From Iphione sp. A-MEVVRFRX5 (Eukaryota): DNA of 64,000 nucleotides. Below, piece by piece: positions 1 to 12,300 of this stretch (the stretch's first letter is position 1; the number at the start of each line of letters is the position of its first letter). The notes beneath the pieces are model-generated. The model saw nothing but the letters and a program-made list of their open reading frames with translations, was not told the origin of the DNA and did no database searches. The stretch spans positions 130,882,001 through 130,946,000 of the forward strand of contig OZ320313.1 of NCBI GenBank assembly GCA_976226885.1. Direction: 5' to 3'. The translations under genes were made by a program, and so were the position numbers.

Positions 1-375
1 GGAAAGGAAAAATAGGAGTAGGAGATCACAGAAAAGAGAGAAGGGGAAAGAGAATGGGAGATGATAGGGAAAAAAGAGAATTGATATTAAGAAGAAAAGG
101 GAGAACAGGAATAGGTATTTATTGAAAGATGAACAGAGATAATAGAAATATGATTTCATAGGAAGAAGACACAGGAGAATGGAAATAGGTGTTGGTAGGA
201 AGCAGAAACAGAGGAAAACTACAATTATATCCGCAGAAAGGGGAGAATAGAGCTCATAGGATGATAAAAAGGGAGAATGGGAATAGGATTTCATAACTGG
301 AAGGAAGGGGACAATGGAATTAATAGGAACTAATAGCAAGGAAAGGGAGAGTAGAAATAAGAGTTGATAGGAAGA
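1..375. repeat. Purine-rich (GA-rich) degenerate simple repeat / low-complexity tract
   Basis: Almost entirely A/G with recurring GGAA/GGGAGAATGG/ATAGGA motifs; no coding signal. Confidence 0.7.
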
Positions 376-835
376 ATGTGTGGCCATAACTTTCAGTACC
401 AGGTTGATGAGTACCAGTTGCTTTGTGTCTGTCCAGCAAACGCATTGCACTATGGTGATTTTGTGTTCCCACAACATGAATTCACAATGCTAATTAATTC
501 CAACGAAATGTTTCTACCTAACAAAGTGTAACATGGTAGAGCAGTGTGCCTTATCATGACAAGTTTGTTTTACAAGTGACAAAATGTAAAAATTAGACAC
601 GGTAGATGGAGTGATCTAAGTACATCCAGCCTGTAGTGTCTATATTGCAACGGAAGGCTGCCTTAGGGACATGTCTCAAATAGACAAATGCCTGTAATAT
701 GGACACTTTGGGAAAAAAAGCTTAGACTTGTGTGTGCTATAAAATAAAAGAAGTCTCTAAATGGACACACCTCACTTAGGACAGTTTGGGACAGGCCTAA
801 GGGTGTAATGAGAAAAGACGTTTTAGCGTACCACG

Positions 836-963
836 TGTAATATATTTGGATTTTACTTTGGTGAGAGAGAAACACAGGACACAACGCCATGCTGCTTCAG
901 AACCGGAAGTGAATTTATTCATGAGTTCTGATTGGTTGAAAATACAATCTCGCTGACATGACA
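836..963 (-). repeat. 3' LTR (128 bp)
   Basis: Identical to 5906-6033 except one base (954 T vs 6024 C). Confidence 0.97.
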
Positions 964-978
964 ATCCCTCCTTCCTTC
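964..978 (-). other. Polypurine tract (PPT)
   Basis: Minus strand reads GAAGGAAGGAGGGAT immediately upstream of the 3' LTR. Confidence 0.9.
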
Positions 979-1079
979 GGATACAAGAACATCTCACAGA
1001 TACATATCTTTAGGCCTTTACAATTACTCTATACATACAAGCAATGACATTCCTGAGTGTGAACATAGTGAGAAGTATA

Positions 1080-4000
1080 CTAGTTTGTTACATAGTCTTT
1101 TAAATACTCTGGTTTCCTGCATGATCTGCTTGGACGATCAGGTACTCTTGGTGATACATCTTGTGAGGGACTATCTAGTGGACTTTGCACAGGCACACTA
1201 ACATCTGGCGGGTCAACAGTCTCGTGTTCTGAGAAACTCAGACGCCTTGGAGGGGTTTCAATTACCTCCGCCTGACCCTTAGGTGTACCCTCTACATACT
1301 TCTTGACATGGCTGACATGTCTTTTGTAGGTAACACCTTCTGGTGTGCTCACAATTATCTGAGGTCCACATCTACCAGTTACTTTAACTGGAGTCGCATG
1401 GAAAGGAGATGACAGCTTGTTGTCTTTGTTTTGATTCTTAATTAAAACTGAGTCTCCAACTTGGAGATCCTCGTCAGCTGTCTCAGTGCGACTTTTATTA
1501 GTTCTTTCTGACATTTTAAATTTTCTTTCTCTGTCAGTATCTCTCATCTCCCCATCAAAAGCTCTTGGTCTCAGGGAAGGAAGATTAGTTCGCACTTTCC
1601 TGTTGAACAGAGCTTCAGCTGGACTGACCCCTGTAGTAGAATGAGGTGTGGTGTGGTACGCACGCAGGAAGAGTTTTAGCTCTTTCCTCCAGTCCTTCCT
1701 TTCAGCTTGAAAGGCTCTCATAGACTTTAACAGAGTGCGATTGATTCGTTCAACTTCACCATTTGCCTGAGGCCAATATGGAGTGGTTAGTCTGTGTGAA
1801 ATGTCTAACCTTTCAAGATACTGCGAGAATTTATCTGCCTTGAACTGCGGTCCATTATCTGTAGTGATGGAATATGGTATTCCAAAAAGGTCAATGGACT
1901 CTTCAACTGCCTCAATGACTTTGTCAGTGGTTGTGGTCTTCATTGGCTTCACCAAGAAGAACCTACTATAATAGTCAACAATGACTAGAAGTGTTTCACC
2001 TGATGGAAACGGACCTACAAAGTCTAACGCGAGGTCTTGCCATGGACCATCTGGCAGTTCTGTTGTAGTTATAGGCTCTGGTTTGTTTGTGTGAGATACA
2101 ACTTGACACCCATGGCACTTCTTACAATAGCTTTCACAATCTTTATCAATGCCGGGCCACCAGACCTTCTCACGAAGTCTTGCTTTGGTTTTAACAATAC
2201 CCTGGTGACCTTGGTGTGCCAGTTTAAGTACCTCATTTCTCATACTCTTAGGAATGACAATTCTGCTGTGACGCAAAACTATACATCCGCAGGAAGACAG
2301 CTCTGCACTAACAGCTTTATATGCCGGATTGCATTCTTCAAAACTATTAGTTTGAATACATTTCCTGACAATTGTCAATTCCTTATCGCTCTTGGATTCA
2401 CGTTCAATTGCACGAGCAGACATTGTCCTCGGCACGCTATACTCAACAAGAGCTCTAATGTATTCTTCTGCAACATTGGGCTTCTTTGGGCCTGAACGGG
2501 TCTTTATTGGGAGTCTTGACAGGACATCCGCAATGTTAAGCTTACCTTCAATGTACTTGACCTTGAAGTTATACCCTTGTAATCTCAAGACCCAACGCTC
2601 AATGCGCGCTGAAGGTCGCGATTTAGGCCCATAGATAGTTTGTAATGGTTTGTGGTCAGTTAGCAACTCAAATTCAGTCCCAATCAAATAGATCTGGAAC
2701 CTTTCACAAGCCCAAACTAATGCCAGTGCTTCTTTTTCAGTTTGAGAGTATCTACGCTCTACATCAGACAGAGATCTAGATACATAGATGACAGGCTTGA
2801 AATTACCGTCAGCTTGTTGCTGAACAAGCACTGCACCTAACCCTACAGGCGACGCGTCAGCAATCACTTGTGTCTTCACCCCCCTTTTAAAATAAGCCAA
2901 GACTGTTTTAGAAGAAAGTCTTTGCTTCAGGGTGTCAAATGCTGATTGCTGCTCAAGGGTCCACTTAAATGGGACGTTTTTCTTGGTCAGCCTTCTTAAA
3001 GGTTCAACTGTTGTTTCAAAATCAGGGATGTACCTAGAACAATAGGTAGCAAGACCAAGAAAGCTACGTATGTCACCTGCATCCTCAGGTTGGCGAGCAT
3101 TTTTAATGCACTGAACTTTACTCTCATCAGGACTTAGGCCCTTTTCACCAAGTACATGACCTAGGAAAACCAGCTTATTCATTCTGAAAGAACATTTAGC
3201 CTTATTTAAGGTAATACCACGTTTCTCTAAAACACTGAGAACTTTTTCTAACCTCTCATCATGTTCTTTTTCACTCTTACCATGAATGAGAATATCATCA
3301 GAAACATTTACTGTACCTTCACACCCATATATTATCTGCTGAATGACTTTTTGGTACAACTCAGGTGCAGAGGAAACACCAAACAGTAACCTTTTATAGC
3401 GGTACACACCTTTAGGAGTAATAAAACTGGTAATTTCCCTAGACTTTTCATCAAGTTCAATCTGATGGTAACCCATCTTGAGGTCAACTCGGGAAAATAC
3501 AGTACTCTCATTCAAGTCAAGTAAAGTCTCTTCAATAGTGGGGATAGGAAACCGCTCTCTTACAACAGCTGTATTAGCTTGTCTCATGTCAACACAAACT
3601 CTAATGTCACCATTAGGCTTAGGAACAATAACTAGTGGAGAAATCCAAGATGTAGGCATATCAGTTACTTTTTCTATGATATCATCATCCTCTAGCTTAT
3701 CTAACATCTTTTCTAGCTTTTCACGAAGTGCAAAGGGAACTCTCCTTACTTGCTGTTGAACGGGTTTCACTGATTCATCGACATGAATGTGTAACTGATA
3801 ATCTTTTAACTTTCCTATTCCTTCAAACAGCTTAGGGTGTTTATTCTCTGGTAGCTCTGAGGTCTCTAACTGAGAGATAATCCTAATAAAACCAAGCTCT
3901 TGGCAGGTCTGGCTAGATAGGATATTAGTGACACTTTTACCTTTAATCACTAGAATATCTGTTTGTACAAACTTAGACTTGCCTTCAATACTAGCCTTAA

Positions 4001-5111
4001 ATTTACCTTTAACCTTAAGTGCTTCCTTCTTCCCATATGGGAAAACACGCTTATTTACCTTGGTTAACTTAGGGCACTTTAACAGGTTATAAGTTTGCTC
4101 ATTAATAGCACTCACTGAAGCACCAGTATCTAGGGTCACATCAACAGAAACACCATTAATCTTCACAGTACGGAAAGAATCTTTCGTTTCTTTACCCTCA
4201 GATACACCAAACACACATTCACTCTGTGTACACTCATCTTCAGATGACTCAGATGCATCAGATTCTACACATATCACTTTTGAGGACAAACACCATTTAG
4301 CAAAGTGATCTTTCTTACCACACTTGCGACACTTTATACCTTTAGCTGGACAGTCTTCACTGGATGCAATATGTGAGGTAGAACCACAACGTATACACTT
4401 TTTTGTTTTACCTCTACTCTTACCAACAGATTTACCAGACTTCTGTTTACTTGCATCTGGAACAGAATGTTTATCTCTTTTATTCTGTCTCTGCACTTTA
4501 ACACGGTTTACATCATGAGACAGAGAGTCACTCTTAATGTCCATTTGTTTCACCTGGTGATCAACAGCTTCCATTGCACGGGCAATGTCAAGCGCACGTT
4601 GCAAAGTCAAGTCACCTTTTTCTAAAAGTTTCTTGCGAAGAGCAGATGACCGACACTTGTCAACCAGTTGGTCTCGAACGTCCTCATTGGTGTCATGAAA
4701 GTTGCACACTTCAGCTTGCTTCAATAGTCGGGCAACGTACTGATCAGTTGACTCTGACTCACTTTGAGACATTTTACGAAACACATGACGTTCATACGTA
4801 ATGTTCACCTTAGCAATAAAATGTGAGTCAAGAGTTCGTAAGGCAATGTCAAACACGGTATCATCATCAGCCACAGGACCAGGATCAGTTAATGTGTCAT
4901 AAAGTTCTTGCACATCCATGCCAGCACAGTGGAGTAATAAAGCCTTTTTACGACCTGGGTCATCAATACCTTTTGCAAGGATAAAATACTCAAAAGCCTT
5001 CTTCCACTTACGCCACCGAGGTGCAATTGACGTACTGTCACCCTTACAGTCAAACCTTGGTATACTACCTATATCACTTACAGCCATAGTTACTACCTTG
5101 TTACACAGCAA
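1080..5111 (-). CDS. Gag-Pol polyprotein (gag, Zn knuckles, aspartic protease, RT, RNase H, integrase); first ATG at 5087
   Basis: 1343-codon ORF. Motifs: CIRCGSTSH..C and CRKCGKKDHFAKWC knuckles; LDTGA protease; YRYKRLLFG and NVSDDILI RT; ADASPVGLGAVL/EKEALA RNase H; HQGH..CKKC, DFVGP, TDNGPQF, NGEVER integrase. Domain order PR-RT-RH-IN is Ty3/Gypsy. Confidence 0.97.
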   Translation of the reverse strand: MLCNKVVTMAVSDIGSIPRFDCKGDSTSIAPRWRKWKKAFEYFILAKGIDDPGRKKALLLHCAGMDVQELYDTLTDPGPVADDDTVFDIALRTLDSHFIAKVNITYERHVFRKMSQSESESTDQYVARLLKQAEVCNFHDTNEDVRDQLVDKCRSSALRKKLLEKGDLTLQRALDIARAMEAVDHQVKQMDIKSDSLSHDVNRVKVQRQNKRDKHSVPDASKQKSGKSVGKSRGKTKKCIRCGSTSHIASSEDCPAKGIKCRKCGKKDHFAKWCLSSKVICVESDASESSEDECTQSECVFGVSEGKETKDSFRTVKINGVSVDVTLDTGASVSAINEQTYNLLKCPKLTKVNKRVFPYGKKEALKVKGKFKASIEGKSKFVQTDILVIKGKSVTNILSSQTCQELGFIRIISQLETSELPENKHPKLFEGIGKLKDYQLHIHVDESVKPVQQQVRRVPFALREKLEKMLDKLEDDDIIEKVTDMPTSWISPLVIVPKPNGDIRVCVDMRQANTAVVRERFPIPTIEETLLDLNESTVFSRVDLKMGYHQIELDEKSREITSFITPKGVYRYKRLLFGVSSAPELYQKVIQQIIYGCEGTVNVSDDILIHGKSEKEHDERLEKVLSVLEKRGITLNKAKCSFRMNKLVFLGHVLGEKGLSPDESKVQCIKNARQPEDAGDIRSFLGLATYCSRYIPDFETTVEPLRRLTKKNVPFKWTLEQQSAFDTLKQRLSSKTVLAYFKRGVKTQVIADASPVGLGAVLVQQQADGNFKPVIYVSRSLSDVERRYSQTEKEALALVWACERFQIYLIGTEFELLTDHKPLQTIYGPKSRPSARIERWVLRLQGYNFKVKYIEGKLNIADVLSRLPIKTRSGPKKPNVAEEYIRALVEYSVPRTMSARAIERESKSDKELTIVRKCIQTNSFEECNPAYKAVSAELSSCGCIVLRHSRIVIPKSMRNEVLKLAHQGHQGIVKTKARLREKVWWPGIDKDCESYCKKCHGCQVVSHTNKPEPITTTELPDGPWQDLALDFVGPFPSGETLLVIVDYYSRFFLVKPMKTTTTDKVIEAVEESIDLFGIPYSITTDNGPQFKADKFSQYLERLDISHRLTTPYWPQANGEVERINRTLLKSMRAFQAERKDWRKELKLFLRAYHTTPHSTTGVSPAEALFNRKVRTNLPSLRPRAFDGEMRDTDRERKFKMSERTNKSRTETADEDLQVGDSVLIKNQNKDNKLSSPFHATPVKVTGRCGPQIIVSTPEGVTYKRHVSHVKKYVEGTPKGQAEVIETPPRRLSFSEHETVDPPDVSVPVQSPLDSPSQDVSPRVPDRPSRSCRKPEYLKDYVTN

Positions 5112-5889
5112 AACTCAATGGCATATAAACAGGACACAATGTAAAAGATACACTCTCTACACTTGTGAACTAAACTGGTAGTACACTGACTGAGGTAGGT
5201 TGCACCTGGCACAAACACAAATCATACACAATTTAAATGCACAGTATTAAAGGCATGGCACACATATGACAGTCTCTTTATTATACTCACAAGTCCTGTG
5301 GATATGCTGAATGATATGACAGTCCTTAGATGCATTAAAATCCGTCAACTTGGTTATTGTCAAGTAGAAACACCTTGGAATTGGCTAAAACTTCGTCAGG
5401 CGGCCGAAAATCCGTCAGAGTGGTGAGGAAATGGCTGGAGCTTGTCAGGGCTGACTTGTAACTGCCTGAGGACGTAATAGGCACCTCAGACATCACAGGA
5501 ACCTTGTCAACTCGCCGAAAAACGTCGGAACGGCGAGGAAAATGCGTGGAGTCGACTGGAACTTGCCGAAACTCGTCAAAGTCGGCAAACGGCGCTGGAA
5601 ACCTTGTAGGCTTCATCAGACGGCCGAAAATCGTCACAACGGCGATGTAATAGCGTGTAAACTTAGTAGGGCGGCCAAATTTCCGTCAGGATCACTCCCA
5701 GACTTCTCATATCACTTGCAACTTGAAATCTGTAAAATGCGTCGTCTTCTCAAAATGGCGCGAAGCGAGTAGCTGCACCACTCCTCACTTCAGTCTTCCT
5801 CTTTAGGAATAAATACACAATGACAGCATTCCAGGAGAATGTGATCCTTGAATCTTCATATTTCCTCTCTTTTCTCCAAGTTTTAGAGA

Positions 5890-5903
5890 CATCCTCGTCG
5901 CCA
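5890..5903 (-). other. Primer-binding site complementary to the tRNA-Ser(GCU) 3' end
   Basis: Minus strand TGGCGACGAGGATG starts 2 nt after the 5' LTR and is complementary to the ...CATCCTCGTCG-CCA end of metazoan tRNA-Ser(GCU) (tRNA sequence recalled, not searched). Confidence 0.85.
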
Positions 5904-5905
5904 GT

Positions 5906-6033
5906 TGTAATATATTTGGATTTTACTTTGGTGAGAGAGAAACACAGGACACAACGCCATGCTGCTTCAGAACCGGAAGTGAATTTATTCATGAGTTCTG
6001 ATTGGTTGAAAATACAATCTCGCCGACATGACA
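5906..6033 (-). repeat. 5' LTR (128 bp)
   Basis: Direct repeat of 836-963; minus strand contains CCAAT and AATAAA (5989-5984). Confidence 0.97.
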
Positions 6034-6103
6034 CCACGTACAAGTAGTTTCGCATATATTATATATATATTTTTATATTTATACCTGTACACTAGTTACA
6101 TAC

Positions 6104-6309
6104 CTCTCGCTGTACATATCTGTTGCTGCCGTCCTCCCTAACAAAAGCCATGACCTTGAAACCTGTGTCACCGTAACCTTCCTTAGTGAAGCGGAAGTTG
6201 AGGGGATCGTCGATTCTATCCGGGAAGACGTTCCACGAGGTTCCCTGGATGCCCTCGTAGATAAGCTGACGTCTCTGGTCGCCTTTCTCCCTGAGACAGC
6301 CAGCAATAC
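6104..6309 (-). CDS. Exon 27 (module 5; last exon visible in window)
   Basis: IAGCL...LNFRFTKEGYGDTGFKV...RYVQRE; donor GAG|GTATGT, phase 0. No further exon found in 1-835. Confidence 0.88.
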
Positions 6310-9300
6310 CTGGAGATAGGACCATGGGCACAGATACAACACGTGATACTCACACACACACACGCGCGCGCGCACGAGTACGCGAATACAAATCACAATG
6401 TGGACATTCCTAGTATTAAGAACATTTCGCTTGAGAACAAATACTTTCGAATCTAGTCTAAATAAAAGTCACAATGTGGACACAGAGGGAGTAAAGTAGG
6501 AGGTAATCAGAGAACAGGAAAAGAAAGAGGAGTAAGGTGAAGGACGCATGGAAAAGAAAGGGAGAGGGATGGAAGAGAGGAAGAGATGGCGTGGATGAGA
6601 AAGGAAAGATAACATGAATAATGGATAATGGTGGAAGGAGAGGAAAAGTTCCAGTCACAGCCTAGTTTTCTTGTTTCTTTCCCTCTTACAGCTTACACCT
6701 GTCGATTGTAAATCCGACATACCTATTGGACTGTCCTGACAGTTGCCTGCATTCAGTAAACCCAGGGCGCTGACGTACGTGGCGATGATGGTCTGCAGCA
6801 CAGACTCGTCCTGCCGCACCATGGCGGGGCTGAGGCGGTCGGAGGAGGCACATACGCGGGCATACTGGTCGTCAGCCAACGAGCTGTTTTCCAGCTTACA
6901 CTAAAGAACGACGAGTCATATTCACAGGGTTGGAGGAAAAGTCATGGTAATGCATAGCGTTAGTACACCTTCAGAATTTAACAGTGGTATATCAATATCA
7001 ACTAAAGCGAGCAAACCGCTGGCGAGACCAAAACTGGCAACGCAGTTCCTAGCTTGGTCTCTAGGCGTGTATCACAATACATATTAAAGAAAGCTTCTTT
7101 TCAAAAATATCTATGTTACAGATCATATAATCACATCTATTTCCGAACTAAATGTAAGGAAGTGTAAGACCTCATTCCAAAGCCATCCTCCTCTAAAGAC
7201 CACTTTCACTGAAGAAGATGTGGTGATCTTTCCAGAGAGGTTCTACTATTCACAATATTTCAGCTGGTGGAGCATAAGTTACTTGTCTTCATTAACAGTA
7301 ATTAAAACCAGTAGTTAAAAGACAGTGCTAGATACTCTACCTGGGATACTGAATTATGTTAAGGTAATTATAGGTGATCCCCAGCATCTTAAATAACTTC
7401 ACCTGTCTGTATAAGAACTGAATATGTTATAATTAGAAATATATTACAACCGATATTATAGAGGCAAGGTTACATCTGACAGGTGGCAGTTTCGGCATTT
7501 CTTACTGTAATCAGAGTAACTGATGTTTGCTTAACGGTGATTAACTGACCAGTCGCTGTGGAACTTGAAACTTGAAGGTTAAATTGGCCCATCGCTTGGG
7601 GGGATGGTTGAACATCGTCTGAGTACACTTGTCTCTGGGTAATATACCCACTAACACATTTCCCAGCTACATACCCTTGCTAAATGGTGAAGGGTTATTC
7701 ACAACTAGGAAATGTACAATGATATCAATGGCCTCAGCAGTCGAAGCCAACTGAAGATTGGACAATGTCAAAGCCTACCAGAGATACCTCATTTCTATCA
7801 CTCACTTGTAGGGAGAGCTGCCAGAACTCAACGAACCAGTCATCCGGGATATCGCCGTGGTTAGCCACGGTCAGACTCGTCACGTAGTCGATAAAGCCCT
7901 GCACTTGATCCTCCCTCAACTATACACAGGAGACACGAAGTTGATCAATGAACAGGGCGCAAATAGAATAAACGCATCGCTAGCGCTCTGCGCTATGAGG
8001 AAATAATTGCGACATCGCACTTGCAAGAAATAAACCATTAATACCTCAGCTTTGAGGTCCTTAGATGTTTGTTTTATTCATAGTCAGATGAATATACATA
8101 GTTTCACAGGGGCTTGGCAATTATTTTCACAGAATGAAGTAGACAAGTCAAGCTTCTCCAAACGTTATAGAATTGTCTGAATGTTAGTGTCTATATATAC
8201 ATGTACAAAGTTGAAGGCGTGTGTTTATCAGTGTACACCGACTCTTGTATTGGTGAGCTTCACCATGATGTACACGCACTGCGTAGATGTCGGGGGTTCG
8301 TCCAAGCCCCCAAGAGAAAAGTTTAGTAACACCCAATTATAATGGACCTGTATGTTTACGTGAAGTATGCAGCGTGTTTGGTGGCTGTGAATAGTCTCAC
8401 TATGTCACCATGCTGACGTGTGCTCATGTAACATGTTCAGCATGTAATAACTCAGTGTATAACCATAGCACCCATTGAAGCACAACAGAATAGGACAGCT
8501 GCAAATTTGAAAACACAGTATGTGCACACACTACATGCTATGTGCTACGCATGTGCAAGGAACAACTATGTTAGAATATTTGTTTTCAAAAGAACATGGC
8601 GAAAACACAGCGTTATGGCCATGTAAACAAGTGTACAGGAAAACTTAGCCTTAGCTCAGACTTTTTCATGGCTCGATTACCAAGATTCCACTCTTCATAC
8701 AAGTAGTATGTTATGATTCCTTATGGCAGACGTGGATACATACTCTTTGTGATACAGAAACAATCTTTTGTGACCACTGGAGGGACCAGCCGATTCTGGC
8801 CTTAATAGAGGGCTGTTTCTAAATATGTATTATATAATACTAGGACCAGTGATTGTCGCATGGAGTAACAATGTGAAAATGGTGGCAAAATGATGCTATG
8901 ATTGTTTAGATCTGCAGTGAGCAATGTGTCATAGGTCATGCATTATGATGTGGTTCAGCGATTAGTTAATTCTAGTTGAGTTTTCCTCAGGTTTAGTTGC
9001 GACTGTGTTGACCTACTAATGTATGACATGATGCGTGTACTCACTTTGAGACTGATGGCTCCATTCGCAGCCGACTCCACCCCTCTGGTGGTGGAGTCAC
9101 TCACTCCAGCCGTGGAGCTGAGGAAGATGAAGTTGTCCTCCAGGTTAAGGTCACGTGCTGCTTCCAGAAGAAGGCGAGTCTGCTCCTCGTTCGTGAACAA
9201 CACCACCGCTCTGGCACCTGATTTGGGGGAGAGGACAAAAAAACCCACATAAATTAACTTCCTGCTTACAGTAGAACCTCACCACCGGGGACACCCAAGC

Positions 9301-12300
9301 CAGGAGACATGTACGATGGGGACACTTTTGGCAGACAGAGGATCATACTTTGGCTATGCATAGTATCAACCAGGATTGTGAAGACTCCCAATTAACGTAG
9401 TTGCTCTCACCTTGTTGTTGGCTGAGATTTCGGAGCAGCTCCTGCGCCTGCGCGGCTGTGGCTCCCTCTGCTGGTAGAGTCAGACGCTGCCCTATGCAGA
9501 CATTTTTCTCTCCTGAGGAGTTGAAGAAGGCGGCCATGGCGCTGTTGGCTTCCTCTGTGTCGGAGTTGATGGCGCTGATGTAGTACCAGTCCAGCCTACG
9601 GGTCACCTCTGCCAGCACTTCAGCCTGCGAGAGATGTTGACCATTTTGTCATTAAAGTAGAAACCCGACCACATCACAGCAAAGACCAGACCAATAGAGA
9701 GATCATGATTTTTGAGAACGAGCCATTAATTAATGTCACTCCATAAAGGTGTTGTCTGATGAGAGTAAACTGTAGGAGAGGCCAAAATTGACAAGTCCCA
9801 AGCTTGGTACTAAACATGGGTTTCAACTGTATCTATAAACACAACGTAAAAAATCAGCTGTCTTTCGACTGTTCTATGTTGTCCTGAAGAAGTATAATTG
9901 CAGCTGTTACCAGGAATTGACAGACCAGAATAGCCCAATGTTTACTATGCTGAGGGACCTGTCCACGTTAGTCATTTAAGAATGCAAAAGCTAATGACTG
10001 AATAATACAGAAACACCTGTCATACTTCATCCTGTGAGACCACAACATTTACAGCATAAAAAGCAGTTCTGTGGACTGCCGAAGGTGAAAACCCCTTGGT
10101 TCTTGGCTGAAAGTACCCACGAGGTGGCCATGACCACATCATGGTCAAACAGTACAGTGGAGACCCGATTAAAGACCAGAGCTCATAAGAGATTGAATAG
10201 AGGCAGATACGAAATAATTCATTCTAAATAAGAATATGTCTACTGCAACCAAACCGTGTGTGAGACCAAAGTTGGCCAGCCCCAAGCTTTATACCTGTAC
10301 TAATTAGGTATACCACAGATATAAAGAGCTTCGTTCCGAGAACATTCTTTAATATAATGAAAGTATACCTGTACACACACGTCTTGTGTACTTGTACCTC
10401 TCGACTTACTTGCTTGCTGTCTGGCGGGATGGTGGAGAGGAAGTAGGGTTGTCCCGTCAGCCTGTCATCGCTGGAGGTGGGGCTAACAATGGTGACTCTC
10501 CTGGGTGAGAGGAGAGGGACCAAGACGGAAGAAGACGCCGATGCGTGGGGGATGAAGGCCACGATAGAGGAGGGGTCCACCTGGTGGCAATAAGCAAAAC
10601 CATTGCCTTTTAAAACAGACAATAGAATTTACTAGAGGGAATCCATGGAAATCCATGGACAACATATATTACTGCACTGACCGGGCGCATAGCAATGGCC
10701 ACAATGCTTATGTTAGAGGTGCTTATAATACAGCAGAAAACTGGTTGAATTTCAGTCGATACTTTGACTCAACGTATGGTAATATCTAACGTGAACATAT
10801 CAGATGTGTATTTGTTTATCCTTCTGTGACGGAATTTTTCAGATGACAAATGCATGTTTTAGAATATTACATCATACATGCAGCTAATGTAGTCGTCATT
10901 TTCATGCTAATCGAAGAAATGTAAGGCTTCATGTAGATATTTACCCGTCTATCGTATCTAGCATAATATGTGGAATTGCATACAGTTTTCCCAAATTCAC
11001 ACAGACACTGATCCATCTGCTTGCATCCTATGTATTACCTTACCAGGGCAAAGATGCCATCTTCCTCACACTGAATCTGACCCATCTGTCTAAACCCCAC
11101 CTGTGACCTACCCTAGCAGGGACACAATCTGCCTCACGTAGAAATTGACCTATGTCTAAACCCCAACCATGACCTACCCTAGCAGGGACACAATCTGCCT
11201 CACATAGACACTGACCTATCTGTCTAAACCCCAACCATGACGCACCTTAGCAGGGACATAATGTGCCTCACGTAGACACAGACCTATCTGGCTAAACCCA
11301 ACTGTGACCTACATGTACCTTAGCAGGGACACGATCTGCCTCATATAGAGACAGACCTATCTGTATAAAACCCAACTGTAACCTACCGTAGCAGAGACGC
11401 CATCTGCCTCACATAGACTCTGACCCATCAGCAAGCTGAAGGTATCTCGGGACACTCTCACGTCTGATCCACATGTGTCAATGGCCAGTCCACCCACATC
11501 TATGTTGTTAATGGTGCGATTAAACAGGTTCAAGGCATAGAAGAAAGCCAAAACATTCTGGAAGCCTGAGTCCGAGTTCAAAGGGCCACAACGCAGTGGC
11601 TCACGAGGATCAGGACCGTGTACATCAAAGAAGCCAACCAGGTTGAGGTTGGGACGAGTCCTTGCCATAGCGCGAGTGGGACGGTGGCCTGTGAGTTACC
11701 AATACAGAGGTCATACACAGAGCCCAACATAATAATACATGTATATATACATTTATATCGGTGGGACTGAAGCAACATTTTATCAAGACAAATATTTCGG
11801 TCCGTAATGTGGCAGAAGTATTGAACAATGTACATGTATATAATCTCATCCCAGGTGCTAACATCGGAGTTCACCACAACTACAGGTATGACAGTATCAG
11901 CGCCATAGCTGGTAGTGTGTTCTAACATGGCTGGGGGTGCGCCTCTTATCTTTTAACATTACCACAAGAATACGATGTGACATCGATGAGGAGGCTTCAT
12001 TCTCAGGCGACTCGTTAACACAGGTATACCTATATACATGATGGTATGCAGGTATACGTCGCTTAATGAAGTAGATGTATTCAATGAAGTCATTTTTTAT
12101 CAAAGGTTCACCATTACTGCACAATATTTAAGTGGATAGCTAGTAAAAACAGTTTGTATGTGTAGTACATGGTATATTTGGTTGCCTCCTTCAATCTGAT
12201 CAGTTCTTCTTGGAAGAGTTAATAGACATCAGCCTCAGGCCAGAAAGTACTTTTATAGAAAACACCTTTGTTATAAATGTGCTTCATTCGGATCATACAG

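Larger units (their letters stand above)
836..6033 (-). mobile_element. Full-length Ty3/Gypsy LTR retrotransposon, Mag-like lineage, intronic
   Basis: Two 128-bp direct repeats (836-963, 5906-6033) with TG...CA ends; 5-bp TSD CCACG at 831-835 and 6034-6038; PBS, PPT and one uninterrupted gag-pol ORF. Two zinc knuckles, a tRNA-Ser PBS and a 5-bp TSD fit the Mag group. Confidence 0.97.

Noticed and set aside
376-835. Possible exon 28 of the VFT gene left of the Gypsy element
   Set aside because: The candidate acceptor (TTAG|GTAGAA near 515) hits a stop within eight codons in phase 0, and no VG.Y/W or CRD motif appears in any minus frame. The next exon must lie outside the window.
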